27,987 nt of DNA from a virus (taxonomy: Duplodnaviria > Caudoviricetes), in the IMG/VR virus record IMGVR_UViG_3300009684_000137, positions 1-27,987 of that record, one strand, 5' to 3'. Below the pieces are notes generated by a model. It was not told where the DNA came from. It saw only the letters and a list, made by a program, of their open reading frames with translations, and made no database searches. Shown piece after piece: positions 18,485 to 26,197 of the stretch; the stretch's first letter is position 1; each line of letters starts with the position of its first letter. A program made the position numbers and the translations under genes.

Positions 18485-19372
18485 ATGAGAAAACTCACTA
18501 TAGGTATGTGTACCTACGATGATTTTGATGGAGTGTATTTCACTATACAATCTATTAGAATGTATCATAGTGAAGTTTTGGATGATATCGAATTTATTAT
18601 TGTTGATAATAACCCCTTGAGTAAGCATGGTGAGAGTCTGAAACACTTTACAACAAGCATACAAGAACCATATCAATATATACCATTTACCGATTATACA
18701 TCGACAACGATAAAAAATATTGTATTTGAGAAAGCTAATACACCATATGTTTTATGTATTGATTGTCATGTATTGCTTGAAGCTGGTAGCATTAAAAAAT
18801 TAATAGAGTTTTATGATAAAAATGCTGCACGTGGGTTATATCATGGTCCTTTATTATACGACAATTTAGAAGATATCAGTACTCATTTTAATTTAACATG
18901 GAGTAGTCATATGTGGGGTCAGTGGGGAACAGATTCAAGAGGCTTTGATAGAGATAATGAACCATTTGATATACCTGCTCAAGGCTGTGGTCTGTTTACT
19001 TGTAGAAAAGCTGATTGGCTAGGCTTTAATCCTAACTTCCGTGGCTTTGGTGGTGAAGAAGGTTATATACACGAGAAATACCGTAGAAATAACAGAGAGG
19101 TTAAATGCTTACCGTTTTTAGGTTGGTGTCACCGATTTGGAAGACCTAATGGTATACCTTATACAAATACCTATAATGATCGGTATCGCAACTATATAAT
19201 TGGTGCTCTTGAGATCGGACTAGATACAGACGCAATTGAAGATGCTTTTCTAACTGTAATACCTGAAGATACACGAGAGTATATAAAAGATGAGGTAGTT
19301 CAGATTTTTGAAAAAGACGAGGTAGTTGAGATTTTTGATACACCTAAAACGAAGTGTAATTGTAGGTCTTAA
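18485..19372 (+). CDS. GT-A fold glycosyltransferase (GT2-type N-terminus, ppGalNAc-T-like catalytic motifs)
   Basis: LTIGMCTY..IIVDNN (GT2 N-terminus), VLCIDCHV (DxH), GCGLF, GFGGEE and WCHRF. Confidence 0.85.
   Translation: MRKLTIGMCTYDDFDGVYFTIQSIRMYHSEVLDDIEFIIVDNNPLSKHGESLKHFTTSIQEPYQYIPFTDYTSTTIKNIVFEKANTPYVLCIDCHVLLEAGSIKKLIEFYDKNAARGLYHGPLLYDNLEDISTHFNLTWSSHMWGQWGTDSRGFDRDNEPFDIPAQGCGLFTCRKADWLGFNPNFRGFGGEEGYIHEKYRRNNREVKCLPFLGWCHRFGRPNGIPYTNTYNDRYRNYIIGALEIGLDTDAIEDAFLTVIPEDTREYIKDEVVQIFEKDEVVEIFDTPKTKCNCRS
19286..19339 (+). repeat. 27-bp near-perfect tandem duplication (KDEVVQIFE/KDEVVEIFD)
   Basis: aaagatgaggtagttcagatttttgaa followed by aaagacgaggtagttgagatttttgat. Confidence 0.85.
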
Positions 19373-19611
19373 AGTCTTCCTAATTTTTGCTCAACTGTAA
19401 GATCGTGAAGCATTGAATGATACCGCTCGTCGATATATTTCTTAAATGCTAGTGGCTGAATCCAGTTATCATTATCTGGACTTATACCAAGAATACATGA
19501 TTGTTTTGATACTTCTTCAATCCCTTCAATCAAGCAGGCCCAACGGGTGACTTCTTGCAAGGTCATTTCATGCACTTTATTATTCTTTAGTTTAAATTGT
19601 ATGTTCTTCAC
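19369..19611 (-). CDS. Hypothetical protein
   Basis: 80-aa ORF with GTG start, convergent with the glycosyltransferase gene (overlapping stop codons). Confidence 0.65.
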   Translation of the reverse strand: MKNIQFKLKNNKVHEMTLQEVTRWACLIEGIEEVSKQSCILGISPDNDNWIQPLAFKKYIDERYHSMLHDLTVEQKLGRL

Positions 19612-19625
19612 TATACACTATTATA

Positions 19626-20027
19626 TTACTGTTCCTTTGATTTAAGAAAGTTGTAAGCATTTTCAATGTTAAGCGGCTCTGTTACTAACACAGACTCATA
19701 CGACAAATCAACTCTAAACTTACTACTGCATTTAGTACACACAAACTCGTTGTTAATACCAAAGAATACAGGAGACTTCGAAACAATATGAGTACATGGA
19801 CATGCAATCTCAACGGTCTGTAGATCAAGTAGTTGTTGAGCTTCGTTACTCTCAACTTGTTCGGTTTTAGGAGTTCTAAAGAACGCAATACCGTAAGATG
19901 CAATAAACTGTACAATAATTGTAGCAATAAACCCTTGCCAGAAGCCTATAAAGTTCGCTAAAACGAAACCAACACCTGCGCTTATAGCAAGTACAATTGC
20001 GAGAGAGACTGTTATTAATTTAAGCAT
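19626..20027 (-). CDS. Membrane protein with C-terminal zinc ribbon (ATG 20027 preferred over TTG 20033)
   Basis: Two hydrophobic segments (LITVSLAIVLAISAGVGFVLA and FWQGFIATIIVQFIASYGIAFF), then CPC...CTKC. Confidence 0.7.
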   Translation of the reverse strand: MLKLITVSLAIVLAISAGVGFVLANFIGFWQGFIATIIVQFIASYGIAFFRTPKTEQVESNEAQQLLDLQTVEIACPCTHIVSKSPVFFGINNEFVCTKCSSKFRVDLSYESVLVTEPLNIENAYNFLKSKEQ

Positions 20028-20032
20028 ACTCA

Positions 20033-20060
20033 ATTGTATGCTATAGATTCAATTTATCAA
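20033..20060 (-). promoter_or_regulatory. Putative sigma70-type promoter TTGATA-N16-TACAAT
   Basis: On the minus strand, TTGATA (20060-20055), a 16-nt spacer and TACAAT (20038-20033), ending 5 nt before ATG 20027. Confidence 0.45.
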
Positions 20061-20361
20061 GCTGTTCTGGGATATCCATTAAAATCTCTTTACCGATATT
20101 CTCGATTATGCTGTTGATTGCTGCTAATGCTTGTTTGTTTGCTTTAGGTTGCATTGCTGTTTTTTCAACAGCTTTACGCATATCTAAAAGTTTTTCATAG
20201 ATATCGCTTAAAAGTTCCATTGAGCTATCTAATGTAAAAGGCTGTATTAATGGAGCCTTTTGCTTTGCTTCTTCTTCTTTATAGCGGTCTATTTGAGTAC
20301 CTACATCCATGTTAAGCTTTGGACTCGATGTAGTAAAAGTAGTTTTGTATGGAGAATCCAT
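20041..20361 (-). CDS. Hypothetical protein (helical)
   Basis: 106-aa ORF preceded by a TAAATA core 6 nt upstream. Confidence 0.7.
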   Translation of the reverse strand: MDSPYKTTFTTSSPKLNMDVGTQIDRYKEEEAKQKAPLIQPFTLDSSMELLSDIYEKLLDMRKAVEKTAMQPKANKQALAAINSIIENIGKEILMDIPEQLDKLNL

Positions 20362-20367
20362 TATAAT

Positions 20368-20388
20368 TATTTATTGCTAGACTAAATA
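20368..20388. promoter_or_regulatory. Back-to-back divergent late promoter cores
   Basis: TAAATA on the - strand (20373-20368) and on the + strand (20383-20388), within a 32-bp intergenic region. Confidence 0.6.
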
Positions 20389-20393
20389 ATTGT

Positions 20394-20813
20394 ATGACAA
20401 AATTTGAGAAGAGATTCTTTCACGTCTTACACGAACAAGATGCAGATAGAGAAGCTATGCTATCTACATTAGATCAGGATACTAACCCTGATGACTTTAA
20501 TGTAAATACTGCTCCTCCAGCAGACTCCGCAAATACTGCTGTATCTCAAGCTATTACTGATCGAAATAATCAAATGGTTCAGCAAATAAAGGGTTGGATC
20601 TCTGAGATGGAGCAATTTCGTGATATGTTAAATGGTACAGAAAACTCAATTCAAACAGCTCTTGCTTCCGCTGAACCTGATACAATCTTGGATAAAATGA
20701 GAAGCTCTGAGCAAAGAAAGATTGCTCGTGTTGCTACTGAGCTTGCTGCTCTTACTGAGACATTTAAAGGGTACTTATCTCAAGCCGGTGATGCTTCACT
20801 CAAGTATGTATAA
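20394..20813 (+). CDS. Hypothetical late protein, possible internal head protein
   Basis: 139 aa, acidic and helical. The N-terminus MTKFEKRFFHVLHE resembles T4 capsid-targeting/gp21 cleavage leaders. Has its own late promoter. Confidence 0.65.
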   Translation: MTKFEKRFFHVLHEQDADREAMLSTLDQDTNPDDFNVNTAPPADSANTAVSQAITDRNNQMVQQIKGWISEMEQFRDMLNGTENSIQTALASAEPDTILDKMRSSEQRKIARVATELAALTETFKGYLSQAGDASLKYV

Positions 20814-21849
20814 GTCGCTTTATATTAGCTAATCTCAAAACACCTTCTATACCATTATACGTATGCTTTTTTATAAAGTCGTGAGATATTTCATCGATCT
20901 TACACTTCATACAAATGTCGTTAAAGTCTTTAAATTGTCTACCAAACTTTTCTGGCCATATGAATACACTATGACCATCCTTGAGTAAAATTTCTGACTT
21001 AACGAGTGATGTATTGTCAATCCACTGGCTATCTAAAACCCAAATTTTGTTATACCATTTTAGTGTATTATCAATTTGCTGCTGTTGCTTTAAGGTAAAT
21101 GTGTTTTTACCTTTGTCAGTAATACCTGCGACAGCAACACTATTTTTCGTAAAGAATGCGTTTACTGGACCTTCAAATACATAGACAGTATCGTAATCAG
21201 AACTAACTTGATTAATGTTGAATAGGGTCTTCTCAGCGTTAATCTTAGATATATACTTTGGCCTTGTCTTTAAATCCTTTTCTAGGAAACCACGTGTCTG
21301 GTAGAACGCTATATTGTCTTTTTCATCTACGAATGGTATTACAAGTCTGTTTTTATGATTAAAATCTGCAAGAGAGATATATAGACTTGATGGTCTATTA
21401 ACAGCTGTATCTAGTCGTCGTTTCTTAATTAACTCAAGACACTTCTGTACTACCTCATTACCTTTATAGAAGTTTAGCTGTATACTATCAGACAGATTAA
21501 TACTGTCTTTCGGCAAAGTACTAGACTGTACTAACTTCGGTACTTCTTCCTTATCCGTAAAGGTGATTTCTTCATAACCATAATCCTTTACTTCTTCGAT
21601 AATATCGATGTTCTCACACCTTGATATCTCCTTTATCCACTTGAACGGTTTGCTAGACCAACCGCAATTGTGACAAAAAATAATATCCTTTGCAGGTATA
21701 TAGAAACACCTTCTTTTCTTACCTAAAGATTTACCTTCCCTACATATACAACAACCACCTTGATATGTATTATTATACTTGTTGTGCTTTGGTTGGTGTG
21801 TATACTGGAAGAACTTTGATACGATGTAGTCTACCGGTAGTGAGATCAT
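20800..21849 (-). CDS. gp61: DNA primase, T4 gp61-like
   Basis: Zinc finger CCIC...FCHNCG, RLVIPF..YQTR, PKY, TOPRIM YVFEGP and WVLD, C-terminal WP..KDFND. Confidence 0.92.
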   Translation of the reverse strand: MISLPVDYIVSKFFQYTHQPKHNKYNNTYQGGCCICREGKSLGKKRRCFYIPAKDIIFCHNCGWSSKPFKWIKEISRCENIDIIEEVKDYGYEEITFTDKEEVPKLVQSSTLPKDSINLSDSIQLNFYKGNEVVQKCLELIKKRRLDTAVNRPSSLYISLADFNHKNRLVIPFVDEKDNIAFYQTRGFLEKDLKTRPKYISKINAEKTLFNINQVSSDYDTVYVFEGPVNAFFTKNSVAVAGITDKGKNTFTLKQQQQIDNTLKWYNKIWVLDSQWIDNTSLVKSEILLKDGHSVFIWPEKFGRQFKDFNDICMKCKIDEISHDFIKKHTYNGIEGVLRLANIKRLIHT

Positions 21850-22715
21850 TCAAAAAGTAATCTTAGCTTATGTTTTACGAAAAACAAGTTATACCAGTTA
21901 TCTTTCTTACTTAGAATATTATTCAGCTTATGATCTATACATAGCTGAATGAAAGTATTGTAATTGGGGAGCAACGAGCTGACATCACTAAGCTGCTTGT
22001 CGAGCCATGTACGTTCAGATTCACAATTTTCATCTTTATATCTATTAAGTCTAAAGAGCTCATAATTTCGTGTATATATTTCAAGCTGCTCTTCTGTTAA
22101 GAGTATTTTATTTTCTAAAAATGCTTGGACTTTATTTTTACCGAATCTAGGGATACCTGGAACGTTATCAGACTTATCTCCTTGTAGGCACTTAATGAGT
22201 ACAAATTCTTCTTTAGAGCATTTTGCTACTCCCTCAAAGTTATCAAGTGTACAATATACTTTAGAGATAGGACTATATAGAGTTACGCTCTCATTAACAA
22301 GCTGTAAAAAGTCTTTATCTACAGATACAATAACACTCTTACCCTCTAGTGTATCGCATAGATATGACACACAATCATCAGCTTCTAACTTTTCAGGATA
22401 AATAGAAGGTATACCGAGATGCACCAGAAACTCTTTAATAAGGGAATTGTTCTGATGAGGTGTAGTGTCACCTGAACGATTACCCTTATAATCACTGTAG
22501 ATAGATTTGCGTTCGTTTATATGGTAATTAGGCTTTTCATCCCAACACGCATATATTCTATCTGGCTTAAACATATCAACATAACTTTTAATTGCGTTAA
22601 GAGTGAAGTAAACATGAAAGCTATTCAGTTTTTCTAAGTCATCGCCTGCAGCATTTTTAGCTGTCCAGTGAGTTCGATGGATCAAATTGTTCGCGTCTAG
22701 GATTAGATTTTTCAT
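21846..22715 (-). CDS. rnh: RNase H / 5'-3' flap exonuclease (T4 rnh-like)
   Basis: LILDANN, YKGNR, EADD, SVDKDFLQL and the helix-hairpin-helix motif GDKSDNVPGI..FG. Confidence 0.92.
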   Translation of the reverse strand: MKNLILDANNLIHRTHWTAKNAAGDDLEKLNSFHVYFTLNAIKSYVDMFKPDRIYACWDEKPNYHINERKSIYSDYKGNRSGDTTPHQNNSLIKEFLVHLGIPSIYPEKLEADDCVSYLCDTLEGKSVIVSVDKDFLQLVNESVTLYSPISKVYCTLDNFEGVAKCSKEEFVLIKCLQGDKSDNVPGIPRFGKNKVQAFLENKILLTEEQLEIYTRNYELFRLNRYKDENCESERTWLDKQLSDVSSLLPNYNTFIQLCIDHKLNNILSKKDNWYNLFFVKHKLRLLFE

Positions 22716-22959
22716 TTACTTTGTATTGATCTACAGCGGTGCTTACGACATATTGTGGTACTCGCTCAACAAATTTAATTATACCCTTGTTCCTTGCGTT
22801 CTCAAATACTAACTTAGAGACTTCTCTATTTTCCATTTTTGGAATAGAGAGAAACTGATACACGTCCTTATGAGTCTTTAAATATATTAAGATCTCACCA
22901 GCATATGTACCTGTGTGCACGGCGTAGCTATCGCCGTGCACCAATCCAATCTTAAACAT
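22657..22959 (-). CDS. Hypothetical protein
   Basis: 100-aa ORF in the operon, overlapping the rnh start by 59 nt. Confidence 0.65.
   Translation of the reverse strand: MFKIGLVHGDSYAVHTGTYAGEILIYLKTHKDVYQFLSIPKMENREVSKLVFENARNKGIIKFVERVPQYVVSTAVDQYKVNEKSNPRREQFDPSNSLDS
22915..22941. other. Perfect 10-bp GC-rich inverted repeat (hairpin)
   Basis: GTGCACGGCG-tagctat-CGCCGTGCAC. Confidence 0.7.
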
Positions 22960-22961
22960 AA

Positions 22962-23276
22962 TTACACTTCAGGTTGTATTTGTGGGACACCCTTCTCAAT
23001 TAACGCCGTTACAATAACTTCCATAGATGAAGTTTTGATAGAAAAGTTGCGAGGGAATAAACGAGATCCATCATTGAACTCAAACATCTTTTCGCTCTTA
23101 TAATCTCTGTTTTCGTAGCAAGTAATGTAAATAGAAGTATTGCCTGGATCTACTAAGATAGTCCATTTACGTGGATCAGATTCAGCGTACTTGTCATACA
23201 TCTTCCATGTAGTAAATCCACAATCCTTCAATCTCTTTACAAAATACGATAATGTAGTTATTTTATTCTTTATCAT
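22962..23276 (-). CDS. Hypothetical protein
   Basis: 104 aa with ATGA coupling to the gp45 stop; contains DPRKWTILVDPG. Confidence 0.7.
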   Translation of the reverse strand: MIKNKITTLSYFVKRLKDCGFTTWKMYDKYAESDPRKWTILVDPGNTSIYITCYENRDYKSEKMFEFNDGSRLFPRNFSIKTSSMEVIVTALIEKGVPQIQPEV

Positions 23277-24001
23277 TGTGTTAGTGTAGTTATTATATAT
23301 TTTAATTTAGTGCTGCTATTGCAAATATCAACGATATTAACACCTACATTTGTATTGATACCGAAATGAATAACATCATCAATACAATGCAATAGTCTCA
23401 CGTTATCTAAATTAAGAATAACAGGATCTAACTCAAAATCAACTGTACCCAATGTTAAAGAGTACATATCAGTATTGTGCTTTGATCTATCTGTTAGCTC
23501 AGCTCTCAAATCAGTCCCATCTGTAAATAAATAGACTTTGCTTGTATCTGTAGCAAACGAGCTACCTTTGATAATGCTTGTCAATACTTGCTTTGTGAAC
23601 TTGAAATTTACATCACACTTAAGCTCCATTACCTTGTTTACATTAATTGACGGCTTGCTAAGATATCCATCATCGAAAAGATGATACTTAAACTTAACAC
23701 CTGAGCCCTTGTATTCAATGCTGTTGTTATTAAGAGTAAACTCAATACTTTCTGTATTGATATTATCAACTACTCTCATTAACTTGTTAATGTCCGGTAT
23801 ATTAAGTGTAGCATTTATAGTGCTATACACATTATTAATTTCACCGTACAGAATAAGATTTTGATCCGGAGACGCTACCAACGAAGTGAGCGTACCATTG
23901 TCTGATACGCTCACTATAGCTGAATTATTTATTTTTGAAATAGCGTCTAAAAACCTCAACCAGTCAATCCTTGATTGTATTTTTAGCTTTTGATTTGACA
24001 T
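23273..24001 (-). CDS. gp45: DNA polymerase sliding clamp, T4 gp45-like
   Basis: 242 aa. FLDAISKINNS, LNIPDINKL and VKFKYHLFDDGYLSKP correspond to the gp45 segments 'F..IN.S', 'IYDL..FL' and 'KY..ADP..I..P'. Replication context. Confidence 0.75.
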   Translation of the reverse strand: MSNQKLKIQSRIDWLRFLDAISKINNSAIVSVSDNGTLTSLVASPDQNLILYGEINNVYSTINATLNIPDINKLMRVVDNINTESIEFTLNNNSIEYKGSGVKFKYHLFDDGYLSKPSINVNKVMELKCDVNFKFTKQVLTSIIKGSSFATDTSKVYLFTDGTDLRAELTDRSKHNTDMYSLTLGTVDFELDPVILNLDNVRLLHCIDDVIHFGINTNVGVNIVDICNSSTKLKYIITTLTQ

Positions 24002-24371
24002 TACTTTCTTTAAGTATAACTGCTATCTTAGTTAAATTCAAATTAATTTCCTTCAATTGTTCTAATATTTCTTCGTTACCTAAGAATGACCCAATTGGCT
24101 GATATGCAGGTGGCTCTCTAAATACGAGTTCCAACTGTGTTTCAGCTTGAGACGGTTCAACCGTCGCGGGTGGGTGATATTGAGTATTATCCTGCGCATT
24201 CGGTACAGTTGGCATTTGCATCGCCTGCGCAAAATGTTGTTGAATATTATTACTAACAGGCTGTAAGAATTGAGACTGACCAACAATCATCTGGTCAGTT
24301 TGCTTTGCTTGAGCGTGTGTAGTGCCTAAGAACTGCAACAACGCAGATTTTTCTTGTTCGGTCATTTGCAT
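23964..24371 (-). CDS. Hypothetical Gln/Pro-rich protein with C-terminal coiled coil
   Basis: 135 aa; its ATG is separated by 1 nt from the gp32 stop. C-terminus LEQLKEINLNLTKIAVILKE. Confidence 0.65.
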   Translation of the reverse strand: MQMTEQEKSALLQFLGTTHAQAKQTDQMIVGQSQFLQPVSNNIQQHFAQAMQMPTVPNAQDNTQYHPPATVEPSQAETQLELVFREPPAYQPIGSFLGNEEILEQLKEINLNLTKIAVILKESNVKSKAKNTIKD

Positions 24372-24372
24372 C

Positions 24373-25227
24373 TTACAGGTCCTTTAGTAGTTCATCAATA
24401 TCATCATCGATAGAAGTTTCATCTACCGAAACGGGTGATATAGTATTAGTTGCAGCGGGTTGCCACGGGGCTGACTCAGTCTTGATAGCTGGTGCATCTG
24501 CGACTGCTTGGTCACTTCCGGTCTTACATAGATAATGCTCATCGAACATCTTCTTAAGATCGTCATAAGACTTCAAGCTATAAACCTTAGTAAGATCGAA
24601 TGCCTTACCATAGATTTCATTCTGTTCCGCTTCAGAAAACTTAAGCTTGCCTGAAGCAGTAAAGCGAGATGAAACATATGTAGGAAACTCACCTTGATTT
24701 TCACACTTAATCTTGAAGTTGACACCATCTGGACCCAGATCAAAGATACGTGAACCGAATTCCTCAGCATCTTCACCCTCAATAGCTTCAAGGATGATCT
24801 TCTGAAGCTGCTTACCATAACGGAGGATTTTCACCTTACCATTATTTTCAGGATTACTTGGATCATCAATAACGTACACGTTAACAAGAAACTTGTTGAC
24901 ACGTTTGATAGCCTTAACCTTTTCCTTTTCATCTTCACTACCAGTACGAAGAATCTTGAATCTTTCTTCTGCAATTGGATCTCTCTCACCGAATGTCATA
25001 GGTGAAAGCGCTTGAACGTATTGACCAGTTGCAAACGAAACCCAGCCATGATTGAAGTATTCAAAGAAAGTATTCTTTGGATCGGATGGTAGCGGTAACA
25101 GCCTTACTGTATAAGTATTACCTGGGGTTGTCTTAAGAACTTCAGTGTAGGTACTATTACCTGCAGCTTCATTCTTGTTTAGTGCATCCTTAATGGATTG
25201 AAACATCGACATATTGTATTGGCTCAT
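24373..25227 (-). CDS. gp32: Single-stranded DNA-binding protein, T4 gp32-like
   Basis: TVRLLP, YFNHGW, VNVYVIDDPSNPENNGKVKILRYGK, GVNFKIK, YVSSRF and the acidic tail DDDIDELLKDL. Confidence 0.93.
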   Translation of the reverse strand: MSQYNMSMFQSIKDALNKNEAAGNSTYTEVLKTTPGNTYTVRLLPLPSDPKNTFFEYFNHGWVSFATGQYVQALSPMTFGERDPIAEERFKILRTGSEDEKEKVKAIKRVNKFLVNVYVIDDPSNPENNGKVKILRYGKQLQKIILEAIEGEDAEEFGSRIFDLGPDGVNFKIKCENQGEFPTYVSSRFTASGKLKFSEAEQNEIYGKAFDLTKVYSLKSYDDLKKMFDEHYLCKTGSDQAVADAPAIKTESAPWQPAATNTISPVSVDETSIDDDIDELLKDL

Positions 25228-25280
25228 ATTATTTTAGTTTATTGTTTATTTTATTGTATTTGTTGTTTTTTATTTTGCAA
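25228..25280 (-). promoter_or_regulatory. Gene 32 upstream region: putative sigma70 promoter TTGCAA-N16-TACAAT and A-rich unstructured leader
   Basis: The minus strand reads TTGCAA aataaaaaacaacaaa TACAAT aaaataaacaataaactaaaataat ATG. Confidence 0.55.
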
Positions 25281-25916
25281 TAATTTATTTTCAATTATTG
25301 TAAAAGCTTTTCGAATCACATGTTTTAATTTAGATGATTTTTGAAAATTTATTCTTGTAGTATTTAGTATATCTGTAAAATCTTTAATGATGAAGTTGAG
25401 TATATCAACCTCCACTCTATTTATATTTTGATCGCAATTTAGACCATGGATTGTATAAAAATTAATTCTATGATCTTTCAGATGTTGTAATAGTTCGGGC
25501 ACCGAGCCTGTTGTATAAGTCTTATATTCTTCAAGTGTTAGATTGTTATCTGCGCAGAAATTATAGATAAAAGCGCAAGCCGATTTACACTCATTTATAG
25601 TAGTATCATTATCTGGATCCTGCGTTTCTTTTTGTCTCTGGTATAGAGAGAAGCATTTAATGGCTTTTACTGTAGTGTAATACTGAAGATCAAAATATTC
25701 ATCAGCACCGTAATACTTATATGGTGCTATAAAATAATCGTTCATTTTTATATGCGGATACTTATTAAAAAATGCATATAATTTCTTAATAAGAATATAA
25801 GAAGTATCATCAAACTTAGAGAAATCTTTTCTGAAAGTGAACGGTTTATTTTGAGCTTGACGTCCAGTTGCAATAAAAGTATTGTATATTTGTTTTTCAG
25901 TTGCTGTCAATGACAT
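25251..25916 (-). CDS. gp59: Putative helicase loader, T4 gp59-like
   Basis: 221 aa and basic, immediately upstream of gene 32 as in T4. LLQHLKDHRINFYT resembles the gp59 C-domain segment LLQSNIISFETF. The call is partly positional. Confidence 0.5.
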   Translation of the reverse strand: MSLTATEKQIYNTFIATGRQAQNKPFTFRKDFSKFDDTSYILIKKLYAFFNKYPHIKMNDYFIAPYKYYGADEYFDLQYYTTVKAIKCFSLYQRQKETQDPDNDTTINECKSACAFIYNFCADNNLTLEEYKTYTTGSVPELLQHLKDHRINFYTIHGLNCDQNINRVEVDILNFIIKDFTDILNTTRINFQKSSKLKHVIRKAFTIIENKLLQNKKQQIQ

Positions 25917-26197
25917 AAACGTCGTCTGTTAATGTACTTTGTGACGTACTTACTCTTTGTTATCGTAGGATCGTAGTCTAAAAACATTTTAACGATATCT
26001 TGATCAGAATCAACTCCTGAAAGGCTTTTTAGTAATTCTTTTAGTTTTGCGTCTTCTAATGTTAATATAAACACATTTTGAAAGGATAACTTTTTACCTT
26101 TTAGTAAAGTGCAGTATGAACAAAATGAAAGTAAGATATGTTCACTTTCTCTATCTATAATGCTTTGTGCAGGGCTTACGCAGACGTTAATGTACAT
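25907..26197 (-). CDS. Hypothetical protein (occupies the position of gene 33 in T4)
   Basis: 96-aa ORF overlapping both neighbours. No recognisable gp33 motif; positional analogy only. Confidence 0.55.
   Translation of the reverse strand: MYINVCVSPAQSIIDRESEHILLSFCSYCTLLKGKKLSFQNVFILTLEDAKLKELLKSLSGVDSDQDIVKMFLDYDPTITKSKYVTKYINRRRLCH

Noticed and set aside
21150-21185. Primase inactivation, because TOPRIM reads EGPVN rather than EGPxD
   Set aside because: The catalytic Glu, downstream Asp residues, zinc finger and KDxND are intact; a single D-to-N change is not enough to call a pseudogene.
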